NCBI RefSeq assembly: GCF_001194135.2
Contig: NC_068999.1
Span: forward strand, 51,056,477 to 51,120,476
Direction: 5' to 3'
Source of the DNA: Octopus bimaculoides
Taxonomy: Eukaryota
Length of the DNA stretch: 64,000 nucleotides
A model generated the notes under the pieces. The model ran no database searches. It saw only the letters and a program-made list of their open reading frames with translations, and was not told where the DNA came from. This document shows, one piece after another, positions 1 through 13,973 of this stretch. A program made the translations under genes and the position numbers. How positions within the stretch are numbered: position 1 is the first letter of the stretch; each line of letters opens with the position of its first letter.

Positions 1-77
1 GAATTCCAGGAGCCGCTATTGTGGTAGCACTGAGACACAATGGTGTGTTCACACACATGCACACGCGAGCACTCACA

Positions 78-155
<78 letters not shown>

Positions 156-714
156 CTGTTGATAAGTAGGGTAAAATCCAAGCTGTTTCCTTTTAAAGCA
201 TATCTGTTTATTCCATTAATACGATACGACGTGTAGTTCTGTTGCTCTGTGTTAATGTAAATAAGAGTTGAAAATTCTGGAGATATTACATAAAGAGTTA
301 TTGAATACCAAATGAGGAACTTGGAAAATTTATGGATATTATTTATTAACCATTTCACCTGTTTCATTTTCTAATATGAATTACAGAATTTTGCATGTTT
401 GAGAGACTTATAATACAGAAATATTGCATTATTAAATTGTATCTTTTGACTCTTTATTTAATTTCTCTGTCAGAAGAATTCCAAATAAGATATTCCTTAT
501 ATATGCATCTAATATATAATATTCACTAATTCCTGAAAAAGGTTGAAAATGTATTACAAAATAAAAACATACATGATATTAGTGAAGAATATGAATATAA
601 AAACCCTTTAGATTTCCCTTTGTGTTTTCTATTTAGCTCAAGTCAGCCTAACACACACCATTCATATCACATTGAAACCAGAAACAGTATATATAGCACA
701 TACGATATATATAT

Positions 715-874
715 CGCAGGAGAGGCTGTGTGGTAAGTAGTTTGGTTACCAACTACATGATTCCAGGTTCAGTCTCACGGCGTGGCATCTTGGGAAAGTG
801 TCTTCTATTATAGCCTAGGGCCGACCAAAGCCATGTAATTGGATTTGGTAGACGGAAACTAAAAGAATCCCGTC

Positions 875-922
<48 letters not shown>

Positions 923-1143
923 GTATATGTATATGTTTGTGTTTCTGTGTTTGTCCCCCAACATCCTTTGACAACCGATGCTGGTGTGTTTACGTCCCCA
1001 CCACCTAGCGTTTCGGCCTGAGTGACCGATAGAATGAGTACTAGGCTTACAAAGAATAAGTCCTGGGGTCGATTTTCTTGACTAAAGACCGTGCTCCAAC
1101 ATGGCCACAGTCAAATAACTGAAACAAATAAAAGAAGAAAAGA
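715..1143 (+). mobile_element. tRNA-derived SINE, family B (internal (TA/TG)n microsatellite), full length
   Basis: tRNA-like head GCAGGAGAGGCTGTGTGGTAAG...CCAGGTTCAGTCTC; core GGATTTGGTAGACGGAAACT; internal (TA)n; tail GTGCTCCAACATGGCCACAGTCAAATAACTGAAAC followed by (AAAGA)n. Collinear with the copy at 47874-48256. The core resembles, from memory, the MetaSINE domain (unverified). Confidence 0.9.
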
Positions 1144-1702
1144 ATATATATATATATACACACACGCTTACATATATACACAATGAATAGTTCACAGAAT
1201 ATCTACGTGAAAGACTAGAACATGATAGAGCCATATTGTACCTGCTCTGTCTAAATTTCATTTTGTGTATTGAAAATTATATTGCCTCCAGTAATTTTCT
1301 CAAAGTTTGAAATTTCATTCGCAAGAACCACTAATTCAGTAAGAGATCTGAAAGAAATTACAAGACATTGATGTCTTTAATTTCGAGTTTGGTTCTTAAC
1401 AGTTCTTTGGAATGAAAGGAATATCTGTGTAAGGAAATTGATAATATCCAAATTGGCATCATATTTAGTAGAAGACACAACCAATTACTTCCATTCAGAC
1501 CGAAGATCTGTATTTTTTCCAAACATATCATTTTCAAACATATCAATTTGCAGACACGTGACATACGTTTATTTTAATATGTACACATTTATGCTTATGT
1601 ATATAGAGGTGCACTGATAGATCGTCAGACACAAACACATACCTGTCATAACTATCAAGTGATACATACCCACATATATAAGTATACATATACATATACA
1701 TC

Positions 1703-1744
<42 letters not shown>

Positions 1745-1801
1745 CATATGCATATACGTATTTATATATAATATATGCATATATATGATATAAATATATC
1801 T

Positions 1802-1835
<34 letters not shown>

Positions 1836-1836
1836 G

Positions 1837-1893
<57 letters not shown>

Positions 1894-2422
1894 CACATGC
1901 ATGTATGTATATATACATATAAAAATATACATATATGAAAGCATGTATGTACATATATTTATATATGTGTGTGTGTACAATGAGAGAGACTGGCAGACAG
2001 ACAGGCAGACAGAGAGAGAAAGAAAGAGAGAGAGAGAGAAGAGAGAGAGATCATGACAGAGAAAGAAAGAAAGATATTCATATTAATGCATTAACACATA
2101 TTCACGTACACATGCAATTTAGCCACTCTTCTATAATGCCAGCACTATATTGCTGAAGGCTGATTCGTCATCTTCATCACTTACATTGTTTTATAATTGA
2201 ATCAGTTATGAGAACGTATGTCTGCTTCTTGGTTGATGTCAAAGACTTCCAACAAGTCTCTCTGTCAATTATGGAAATTGGCTTTCAATTGAAACGAGTG
2301 AAGTTCCGCAATTGTTTTGCTTCCTCTCATCGTTCCATAATAATAATAATAATAGATATTAGCTATTTTTCATAGTGTCCTGACAAAATAGTCCACGTAT
2401 CAAATGACATTATATATATATG

Positions 2423-2504
<82 letters not shown>

Positions 2505-2689
2505 ATCTGTGTGTGTGTGTGTGTGTGTATCCCTGTAAGTATGTATGCATATGTGTATGCATGTGTGTAAGAATGTACCTAGGCACGTGTGCATTTTGCA
2601 TTAATTCTTCTTTCTCTCTGCTTCTGTTTATGTAATCATAACCAACAATGTTATGTCTTGTACTATTGCTGTTAGAGAAAGTAGTATTA

Positions 2690-2865
2690 ATGATGCTGAT
2701 GCCGATGAAAGTGATGACAAAGACGACGACGATGATGATGAGGATGGGATGATGACAACAACAATGATAATTATGATAAAAATTAAGATGAAAGACGGTG
2801 ATAATTATGCTGATGACGACGTCGATGAGAAATTAAGTGGAAAACGAAAATGAAAGAAAATGATA

Positions 2866-2899
<34 letters not shown>

Positions 2900-2900
2900 C

Positions 2901-2952
<52 letters not shown>

Positions 2953-3175
2953 TTGAAGGTGGTGATGATGATGATGACGATGATAACGTTGATGATGATG
3001 ATGATGATGTTGAAGGTGGTGGTGGTGGTGGTGATGATTATGATGAAGGTGGTGGTGGTGATGATGACGATGACGATGACGATGGTGATGATGAGGATGA
3101 ATATGATGACGACGACGATGACAATGAGGATGTTGGGGGTAATGATGACGATGACGACGATAACAAATTATGATG
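2690..3175. repeat. (GAT/GAC/GGT)n compound trinucleotide microsatellite
   Basis: Long GAT runs; source of the poly-D, poly-M and poly-H ORFs in the track. Confidence 0.95.
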
Positions 3176-3689
3176 AATAAAAAGATGAAAGACACTGATG
3201 ACTTGTACGATAGTAACCATCACGATGAGGTGGACACTATTGACTTCGACAGAACTTGAAAAAAAAAAATACTAAGTGTGATTTCAAGGAGACATACCAT
3301 CAATCATTCCAATCAATACCTACTAGTATTGTGCAAAAATTAATTCCATCACCTTTCCTGTGATAAAAATCTGAAAATAAACAAAGCGGATGAAACACTG
3401 ATATAGTATTCAACTATCAAATTAATAATAACACCAAAATACTAATAAAATAAGCGTTTTAAAAACTTTGTCACAAGTTTAAATATTGCCATCCATCACT
3501 TCTAAAAAAATAATTGATTTAAAATTGACATAAAAATGATAAAAGTGATGTTTCAATTTGAAACAATATGGCACGCTTTGTTGTATAGTTGTAGTCGATT
3601 CAATTATTCTAGGACAATGGTTGGTGTGTACTTCATTGAGCTGAACATGAACTGGCGAATGTCATATATATAGTTATTTCCTATCGAAG

Positions 3690-3865
3690 AACACGGCCAG
3701 CAATTTTGAAAGAAGAGATTTAACCGATTAAGTTGCTTCCCGGTGCCTAAGTTGTGCTTAATTTTATCGACGCCGAAGATATAAAAGCTTCTGTTGACCT
3801 TGCTGGGAATAGTTCGTAGAGAGTTGAAATAAATGAAGGAAGACATGTTGTCCGGTACCTTAGCC
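3690..3865 (-). mobile_element. Highly decayed SINE family A copy
   Basis: CACGGCCAGCAATTTT...AATTTTATCGACGCCGAAG...GTTGACCTTGCTGGGAAT aligns loosely to the reverse strand of family A. Confidence 0.55.
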
Positions 3866-6139
3866 TCACTGATTTACCAATGTCGGATATAGTAAGATAG
3901 AAAAAAAATTTGTCTTTGGGATATCATTTTCAAAACAAAAGCAATCAGCATGTTTGAATACAGTAATATGTTTGTGTGGTTGTGCGTGTATGTATACGAA
4001 CATGTACGTATAGATAAACATGTGTTAATGTGTATATGAATAGTGAAAGGAAAAGCGATTGAGTTAATTAACGCGAATCTCTTTTAAGGCACTCCGTGTA
4101 ATCAAATCCCGGTTAACTGACAGTCCAATCATGGTTATTAGTAATCGATATAGGTCGTGACAAATTAAAACTGTACATCCGATGTCGATCACCTGTTATG
4201 ATTTTGGTATATTAATCTAGGAATATATTAGTAATGAATAAAGAATAAAGTATTAGGATCACACTATACTTTATTAAATTATTCACGTTTCAAATGACTT
4301 GGTGAACACAATCTGTTTTACACAGTGGTTTGCGTGTTTACTCGATCGATTAATCAACCAGCATGAGGAATGGTTATTCTACGCAAAGTCAAAAAAAATA
4401 TGTATTTGGTTATTACAACCCAAGTGGTAGTAGAGATCGAGGTTTAAAGTAGACATATCAAATTCATTCCCCAGGCACATTGAATAATTAGGTACTGAGA
4501 GGAGTTCAATTTACTATATTACTCGATTACATAGTTGCTGTGTTGAGACAGTGCTTGAAATCAGTACTTATTATTCATTTATTCAGAACTTGAGATATAT
4601 TTGTGTTGAAAGGTCATAGGCGCTATAAACCCTGAAACCAAGGGTAAGTATTCTGTCACTGACATGTATCAAATAGGAACGTTTTAAATTCAAAGCTGGT
4701 TAATCAGACGCGTTTTACACTATTTCACGAATAATCTAAGCGAGTGAAAATTCAAAATAAAATCATTGTATTATGGATATATATCTCATTAACACACTGT
4801 TATGCACTTAGATAATATTCCGGGGATAGTGAAGCAGTCTTCACACAATCATTAANNNNNNNNNNNNNNNNNNNNNNNNNNNNNNNNNNNNNNNNNNNNN
4901 NNNNNNNNNNNNNNNNNNNNNNNNNNNNNNNNNNNNNNNNNNNNNNNNNNNNNNNNNNNNNNNNNNNNNNNNNNNNNNNNNNNNNNNNNNNNNNNNNNNN
5001 NNNNNNNNNNNNNNNNNNNNNNNNNNNNNNNNNNNNNNNNNNNNNNNNNNNNNNNNNNNNNNNNNNNNNNNNNNNNNNNNNNNNNNNNNNNNNNNNNNNN
5101 NNNNNTGTGTGTGTAGATATATATATAAACATATATATATATATATATATATATACATACGTGTATAAACATAAACAAAGATTTTATTTTTATAAGCGTC
5201 GAAACGAAATGTGTATAGAATGATCCAAATTAGACGATATTTTGGGAATCGCAGATTTGCCATGAGAGCAGTGAGAAATACTGGGTAAATTACTCTTACA
5301 AAGCGGAAAGAATTGTCAGTAACCAGCCATGTGTCTCGATTCCACGTCTCTTAAATTCTCCGGATGAGTGCTTTAACATTAAGTTAAACTGCCCGCTGAG
5401 AATTTCATCCGCGATTTTAGATGCTAAATAGGTAATATACAACTACGTGTATTAATATAGATAAACCAACATTGTTAATCTCTCTCTCTCTCTCCCTCTA
5501 TCTTCCCGTCTCTCCCCTCTGTCTTTTCGTGTAGTTTTCTTTGTGGAGAATATCGCTTCCCTGACTTAATTTCCCCTCTCGTTCCAATTAAGTTTGTCTA
5601 AATCTGTTACTGTCCCTTTACTTCGTGGTGACCCTTCCTTCTCTCACTCTCCACCAAATTTCTTTCTCACCACATATGTTTCTTTTTTCCTCGGAGTTTC
5701 ACTTCCTTAACCCGAACCATAAAAAGAATATCCTTTATTCCTCTCATTCATGCAACACTGTAGCGTGTGAGAGAATAATAGCTAACACGCCCAATAGACA
5801 GGAATTATATGTTCACCCTTTAACTATTTATACACAATAAAAACACAAACAACAATAAACATCTACGCATGCGCATAGTTTGATTGTTCATGGGTCTTAA
5901 GTAAAGGCTGTATGATAATCCGATTACGCGTCCACATTCTAGCTTCTGATGGAGCATAACGCAGATCGATAGATCGAAGAGAAGCTCTCACGGGCGGCTG
6001 GCCTGATTTATCAGCACATTTAAGTGATTAATCGATCACTAAATCAGCCAAAGAGTCAGAAAGATCATCAGAAGAAAACTTTATTTACGACTAGCAACGG
6101 AGACTTTATTTTTGGTTTTATCTTAAATAATTCGTCAAG

Positions 6140-6238
6140 CGAAGGCGACGGAGTGGCACAGATGATAAAATACCGAATGAATTATCTAAGCCACATTTAT
6201 TATTGATTTTTACATGTTCTGAGTTCAAACCCTGTTGG
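6140..6238 (+). mobile_element. Decayed 5' part of SINE family A
   Basis: GAAGGCGACGGAGTGGCA...TGTTCTGAGTTCAAAC matches the A-box/B-box head of family A. Confidence 0.5.
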
Positions 6239-6969
6239 GTTTTGTAAAGTTATGTTGCATCTCAAACATTATATACATACATGCAATCATATATATGTGT
6301 ATGTGTTTCTTTAAAGCCAAGACAATGCGAGTTACATGAAATAATACGAAGCTGTAGTTTGTATCTTTATCTTGTATTTCGGGTTTAGCACCAGTTCTTT
6401 GGGAAATAATCGGTGTTGAGAAAATATTCTAGGCGTTTCCTTGATTAGATAGTATTCGGGTTGTATTATAGTTGGTGGATGCACCCGTAATCTAATATCT
6501 CGTATCTTGTAATTCTTTGTACCTATCTAACCCGGTTCTGTCGAATGATGATGCAGTCGAACTCACACTACTAAGATCTAGTACTGCATGGAAATATTGT
6601 CAGGACAAACACACAAACGGCATATATACAACCAAGTTGACAAGAAGAGGTGAGAATCAGGTATGGGTTGGAGGTGAAACGTCAGCACCGAGGATATTAT
6701 CTGTTGAAGGCACGCAAAGCTAGTGGTATAAACTGATACTCTAACGGTTGAGCAGTATCTGCGAGATCCTTGTTCCTCAAGGATAGAGAGGAATACTTCA
6801 TAAATAAAACAAGCAAGACCTTTTCAGGAAAAAATACAATTGATAAATAATTTATAACTATTTCTGTATAGGGAGTTACTTTTCATATATATATATGCAT
6901 ATATTCATAGATATGCACGCATTTGCATATATACACAGCTACACACAAATGCGTAATCATATATATATA

Positions 6970-7054
<85 letters not shown>

Positions 7055-7118
7055 GTCTAGGTATATATGTATATTTACCTTATACACATACTAATTCACA
7101 GATATGTAGACAGACTAC

Positions 7119-7149
<31 letters not shown>

Positions 7150-7460
7150 GCAGGACATTGAAAAATTTGTGGGTAAAAGAGTATATGAATATAGCTAAAG
7201 GAATCAATGCGTAGAATTAAAAGTTATCACAATCGAAATCCCTGCCTCTCTCTCATTTATTTCCTCTCTTTGCGAGATTTTATATTTATAAATGAAGACA
7301 CGGTTGAAACTTGGCCTCATGCCACAATTTCTGCTCTCTTATCTTAGACAGTAATCGTTCATTTTAATCTCCTGTCTCTATCACGACAATATCGTCTTAT
7401 AAGCAACTGATAAAACTCTTATAGATTTTTGTGAATAATAGAGATACAAGTCTATACTGA

Positions 7461-7516
<56 letters not shown>

Positions 7517-8168
7517 CATATATAGCATATCGTATATGTGTGTAAGCATAGTTTTTGTATATTTGTATACGTATGTAAGTGACTTTGTGTCTTTATGTGA
7601 CTGCATTGCATGCGTGTATCAGTTTTTTTATGTATTCTAGTCTCTCCACCGAACAGGCACGCAATGTGCCTACACACAGCCAGACAGACATACACACACA
7701 TGCACACAGGGCACACACCTATAGGTAAGTATTAAGTGTGTGTATACATTGAATGCATGGGATGTATGTGTACATGTATATGGTTGTGTGTGACTGTGAG
7801 TGTGGGGTGTAGGGGTGTGTGTTTTATATGCATGTGACTGCGCACGTCCATGAGAGATTGTCTATATATCTACAATAAGAGAGAGTAAAAGGCGAGTGTG
7901 AAGTGACGTGTACTTTTCATTAATGTATTGGTCTCACATTTACAAAGATATACGTTCGATTCTATGGACAGAACAGTGAGATATATAGGGGATTTGGAAC
8001 TGCCCAAGTTTACAAAGCAGAAAACTAATACAGACTTGAACTGAGGATTGAACGTGCCGCAAAGTTATGCCCTATTCAGTGGCATGTCTATACTGAAAAG
8101 TCTTTTAAAAGATTCAATAACCCGGGGTACGTTTCATTACATATACATACACACATACATATATACAT

Positions 8169-8231
<63 letters not shown>

Positions 8232-8832
8232 TATATATGTGTGTATGTGTGTGTGTATGTGTGTGTGTGTGTATGTGTGTGTATGCGTGTGTGTGTGCGC
8301 ACACACACACACAAACACACTCACTATTCTGCCTATCTGTCTGTGCACACCTTTGAATGTTAACGGATATAGAAACATAAATAAAATGAAGGACTTAAAA
8401 GACCTGTTTCGATCCAGTCGATAGTGTTCCTGCTACAAACTGAATGTGACAAAACAACATAATTCTTCATTAACGAAAAACAAAAACAAATTTTCATCGC
8501 TACAAATTCTAGTTCACTCAAAAGCTCTCAGATTCACTCTAACCCCACAAAACCTCAACATCAATACGCAGGATGGTCTCACTGGTAAATGTGCGAGAGC
8601 TTAATGCGAGCCACATTTCACTAATGGGACATTAGAACTTGCTCCAAGCATGTCATTAAAATGCCTTTTTTTCTTTGTCTCCTTTGTGAAACAGAGCGAT
8701 TTAATTCAGAGAAATATATAAAATATGCCTATTAAAAAATCTCGACTTAATAAGCTGAAACAATATATCGAATAGTAACATTACTCTTATATTTCATCGT
8801 CTCACACAAAAACAGCATAGAATTTAACACAA

Positions 8833-9021
8833 TATTCTTCTCTACTCTAGGCACAAGGCCCGAAATTGTGGGTGAGGTGGGACAGTCGATTAAATCGACT
8901 GCAGTACGCAACTGGTACTTAATTTACTGACCCTGAAAGGCTAAGTTAACCCCGGCGGAATTTGAACTTAGAACGTAAAGACCAACGAAATAACGCTAAG
9001 CATTATCTGCCAGCTCACCGC
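8833..9021 (-). mobile_element. tRNA-derived SINE family A (Nin/Deu-like core)
   Basis: Minus strand reads GCGGTGAGCTGGCAGA...TTTACGTTCTAAGTTCAAATTCCGCC...AAATTAAGTACCAG...GGGCCTTGTGCCTAGAGTAGA; multicopy in the window. Confidence 0.9.
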
Positions 9022-10187
9022 TTTACTGTCATATGATGCAGAGGAGCGAAAATAAAAGTGGCACTGAAAATACACGATTCATTTCACAGTAAAATAATAT
9101 AGTTTTGCATCTTATACGCATTTAATACTTCTGTGTTTTTATCGTTGTAATATCTGAACGTAATCTAGCAATATAGAGAGAATAGATTTTCGCATTAGCT
9201 ATGAGTGTACTTTCTATACCTGCCTATTCATAAACTATATTAAGAGAATTAGTTAAGTATGAACTTGAAATCAATTAATAAAACCTGACATATAAAATTA
9301 GCAAACACTACTTAACTAGAGTGCTTGTAATCTCCCGGAGCGATGAAGTTGTGGATTGGTTTCTTCCTGTTTCAAGCCATTACTGCAGTCAGCAATATTA
9401 TGAATGAATTACAGTCTATATTCATTACACAGCTAAAAGAAGACAAATTGAATCTAGAATAATATAGTTTCACTGAACGTCTGTGAATGTATGAAAGCCA
9501 TATAAATCAGGAAACGAATATGGTACATGTTAACAATTTAAATTGTGTTATTTATATATTTCAACGCATCAGATAGAAATAGAATATAAACTAATTGGCA
9601 TATAGAAAACACCATAGTTGTTGCATATACTGCCAGATACGTAACATGCGTGAATACAAATCAAAAACACATACAAAGAAAAAATATATACCTACAATAA
9701 ACTTATTATTGAAGTCGGTGAACTCGAGTCTCTCCAAATATTTATAATGTTACCACAATAAAGAAACGTTAATTAAGATTTCGACGCTAAGAGACAGTTC
9801 ATCAAAATAAAATCTATGAAATCAATAGAAAAAAAAATTAAATTAAGAATACATTATGCTCTCATATAATATACGTCATTTGATAAAGGAGAAGTGGAGG
9901 GGTATATGTTACGAAATACATATAAATGAACTCCTATCCAATCTGTTGAAAGACTTCTATAGAAAATCATTAATGAAAACATCTAATGAATTAATTTGAA
10001 AAAAAAAAATAAAGACATAGTTACATGCTGAGAGAAAAAAACTTTCCGGAACTCATGATGCATAATTTGGGCTATTGAAAGCAATTCTGTGTGGTTTCAC
10101 AGATTGTTAGGAATAACGGTCTAACTGACATCACATCAAACCCTATCACATTAAAAAAGAAATGACACATGATAGACTATCACTGAC

Positions 10188-10378
10188 AGGCAGCGAGTTA
10201 ATAGAATAGTTAATCGGACAAAATGCTCAGCAGCAATTCTAGTTTTACGTTCTGAGTTCAAATACTGACGAGGTCGACTTTGCCCTTCATCCTTTCGTGA
10301 TTGATAAAAAAAGTACTGCGGTCGATTGTAATCGTCTCTTCGCCGCGATTTTCAGGCTTTATGCCTACAGTAGAATGA
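10188..10378 (+). mobile_element. SINE family A
   Basis: TTTACGTTCTGAGTTCAAAT (B-box) and GAGGTCGACTTTGCCCTTCATCCTTTCGTGATTGATAAAAAAAGTAC (core resembling the Nin/Deu domain, from memory). Confidence 0.9.
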
Positions 10379-10691
10379 ACAACTACAATACTCAATTGGA
10401 AACAGTATTGATAGTCCCAACGAGAGCGCATATAAATCGTAGTCCTGGTCTAGCAGAGAGTATCAATAACCAAAAGACGAATATTCAAACATTCAAACAC
10501 TCAATATATTCACTCGAAAGACCATCGGAAACATCTTAGTCTCTTCAGTGATTTCGGTATGAGTAGAACAATCGGAAACCTATGAATATATGTAAGGTAC
10601 ATACTGTATGATTTCCCATGCTTACAAGAAGACTGAACATATTCTTGTACGGCAAATATGAATGAAATAGATACAAGTCTCGGCAGTCCCA

Positions 10692-10794
10692 AGCAAAATC
10701 AACCTCGGCTGAATTTGAACTCAGAACGTAAAGACGGACGAAATGCTGCCGGGTATTTTGCCCGCTGCAGTAACGGTCCTGCCAGCTCACCGCC
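10692..10794 (-). mobile_element. SINE family A, 5' half
   Basis: Minus strand GGCGGTGAGCTGGCAGGACCGTTA...TTTACGTTCTGAGTTCAAATTCAGCCGAGGTTGATTTTGC. Confidence 0.9.
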
Positions 10795-11825
10795 CCTCCC
10801 ACTTAATAGTCACATCATGTTTTCATAAATAACGATATTTAAATTTGAAAACTATAATATTTTGATATTTAGGACATGATGAACACAGCTACGAAACTTT
10901 CGATAATATATTTACCCTGTTAGGGCTGACTTTAGACTAAAGAACAATGAGAACTACTAAACAATACCATCTGTTAATAATACAAATTTGTTCTGTGTTT
11001 ACTTATAATCTCATTAGCGTTGTCTAGTGAGAAGAGTGAATTTATTCAACCCTAGCAAAAATAAGTCTTGTGCATAAACAAAAAGATCCGACAATTAACT
11101 ATTAATAAAAAAAAAAAATCGAACGTTTGGTCTTGTTTTGATGATACACAAACATAATTACATAAAATCACAAACACCTATTTTTATTTATATTAGCCTA
11201 ATAACGTTCATTACAACAGAGAGAAAATAAATTAAATACAAGCAGTAATTCCCGTTTTAAATCATAATTGAATATTCAGCTGACTTAGGTCGCATAGATG
11301 TTACGCAGCAACCCGATGATTAAAAAACTTGTGTTAATACCAACGTTGATTTACGTTCTTAGAAGCACTCCTGCATTTAAATTTGTTGATCTTTTAGCTT
11401 ATTTTCATTTGCCGGTGAAATAAAACCAACAGAAAGCACGTAATATCGATTAGACACATTATCTTATATTAGCACAAACTTATTCACCGTAGAGTAAAAG
11501 TACTGTGAGTTCCGCATCTGCGGAGAACTTCCCCATCTTTGCTTTTTGGCGTTTTGCCTCTGACAAATTCTATACTTTACATTGCAGTATCTGAAATTCC
11601 ATTTGATTCAGGGTTAGTTAGAAGGCTTTAACAGAATCGACTGTCTTTGACAAGAAGTTACCTCCAGAGAGAACATAGAAACGATGGCGAAATTCTTTTT
11701 CGATAAGATCACCAACGGACTTGTGATCATGTATATATTTCTAGGAAAAGGTTAAACTGCGAGAAACGGCGCATTGATAATTGTTAACGTTAGCAAATTC
11801 TTCTGAAACTATGAATTACACAATG

Positions 11826-11998
11826 GTTTCAAGTTTTGGAACAGGGCCGGCGCTTTCATAGGGGAGGGATCTGTTGATTACATAGACCCCTTTACTTGAC
11901 TGATATTTATTTTACCAAACCCGAAATGCTGAAAGGCAAAGTCGACCTCGGCAGAATTTGAGTTTAGACCGCAGGGCACACAGAATGCCGCTAAGCAC
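11826..11998 (-). mobile_element. SINE family A, decayed
   Basis: GAAAGGCAAAGTCGACCTCGGCAGAATTTGAG on the plus strand is the reverse complement of the family A core. Confidence 0.85.
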
Positions 11999-12574
11999 GA
12001 GTGCAAAGACGGGTGAAGCCAAACGCCTGTGCAATCCTGATTGATACTTCGGAAATGGTCAGTAATTGCTCTCCTCGGTCACGAATGGACGGCTGCCATG
12101 TATATAAGAATAGATGCATATATGCATGTATGTATGCATGTATGTATGTATGTATGTATTTATGGACAAATGTATGTAATTATGGATGTGCATATATAGT
12201 CTGTATATAAGTATGATTGTACTACGCATGTGTGAATGTGTGTATATATGTATATATGTGTGTATATATATGTATATGTGCGTATATATGTATATATGTG
12301 TGTGTGTACGAATGTATGTATATATGTATGTGCGTACGCATGTGTGAATGTTTTTACGTATGTGTGTATGAATGTATGTATCATGCATGTATGAATATAG
12401 TGTGTGTTTATGTATGTATGTACGTATGTATGTATGTACGTGTCTATGTATGTATGTTTGTATGTATACATGCAATAATGTGGGCACGAGTGTGCATGAG
12501 TGTGTGAACACGTGTGTGTGCATTTTCGTTAGAAATTATTTATCTGTTCATATCCAGCGTAATTGAGCTGTGTT

Positions 12575-12645
<71 letters not shown>

Positions 12646-13186
12646 CTGTTTATCTACCTATCCATCAGACACAGACATAGCCACAGGCACAAACAAAAAC
12701 ACGCAATCACTCACACACACACATGAAAACACATACACACAAATAAACTCATTGGCTACTCCACACCCTGCCATCTTCTATTTTAACTATACCGATTTCA
12801 TAGAACTCTGTCTCATCTGCTAGATATAATACAACGAGTAAATAAAACCATCTTGAAATTAGAGCTTTCGTGACTTAAATGAACACTGGGCTCGCATTCA
12901 AATTAAAATATTGATCAGCATGTAAATCTACCATCCAGGATTATGTTTAGAGAACGTGTATTTCGAGCGAGATTACAACGCTAATATTGTATTGCCGCCA
13001 TTCACATGTTTGCGAGAATTATCAATTTGTGACGGAGGCAGCGCAGAAACAATACGCTCAGTACACGCTAATGAAATCCCTCTTAAGCCGAGAAATTGCC
13101 ATCGATTTTTATCCTATCACTGTTTGCCAAATCTACACCCACCGTGACCGTTATTATCCCTCGCAACTTGTACAAAAATACATATA

Positions 13187-13241
13187 TAATAATAATACTG
13201 ATGATGATAATAATAATGATAATAATAATAAGAATAATAAT

Positions 13242-13303
<62 letters not shown>

Positions 13304-13378
13304 CAACAACAATAATAATAATTATCATTTTCATTATTATTATTATTATCATTTTCATTATTATTATTATTATCATTT

Positions 13379-13419
<41 letters not shown>

Positions 13420-13454
13420 NNNNNNNNNNTTCATTATTATTATTATTATCATTT

Positions 13455-13503
<49 letters not shown>

Positions 13504-13508
13504 CATTT

Positions 13509-13566
<58 letters not shown>

Positions 13567-13575
13567 GATAATGAT
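13187..13575. repeat. (AAT)n switching to (ATT)n with recurrent ATCATTTTC interruptions
   Basis: Seen directly; contains an 11-N gap; abuts the 3' tail of the minus-strand Dong-like element. Confidence 0.95.
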
Positions 13576-13579
13576 AATT

Positions 13580-13914
13580 ATTGTTGTTGGTGCTTTTGCA
13601 CAGCTTCTAACGCTGGATATGTACTACAGTGTCAGCTGTTCACTACCAGTGAACTGAGGTAACACCTCTTATTTTTCAAGCTTTTTCCGGAGTATTCGAG
13701 CAGTTCCAAGCAGTGCTGTTTTGTGCAAGTGCTCCACCCTTATTACAGCCCCTATTTGTTCCACGTACTTCTCGAGATTTTTGGTCACTGTTCGCAGGGC
13801 TCCGACAATTATTTGGTACTACTGCTACCTTCTTCCACGACTACAACTGCTTAACTTCCCAAGCTAACCTGTTATATCTCTCGACTTTTCTTTATCAATT
13901 AAGACTATGTCAGG
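13580..13914 (-). mobile_element. R4/Dong-like non-LTR retrotransposon, 3' end (REL endonuclease + 3' UTR), decayed
   Basis: Minus-strand translation with frameshifts: PDIVLIDKEK...EKVERYNRLAWEVKQL...IIVGALRTVTKNLEKYVEQIGAVIRVEHLHKTALLGTARILRKKLEK* (stop 13669-13671); 3' UTR runs into (AAT)n. Confidence 0.9.
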
Positions 13915-13963
<49 letters not shown>

Positions 13964-13973
13964 TTATTATTAT

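Noticed and set aside
359-532. Splice-bounded 174-nt minus-strand segment
   Set aside because: All three frames contain stops.
1242-1347. Minus-strand segment SLTELVVLANEI resembling a leucine-rich repeat, with a good acceptor
   Set aside because: The only open frame stops before the donor and no neighbouring LRR exons were found.
2833-3223. Poly-D / poly-H / poly-M ORFs
   Set aside because: Open in several frames because they are (GAT)n microsatellite; no non-repetitive coding context.
4587-4643. Plus-strand 57-nt segment with strong AG and GTAAGT sites
   Set aside because: All frames closed; at most a non-coding exon, with no supporting evidence.
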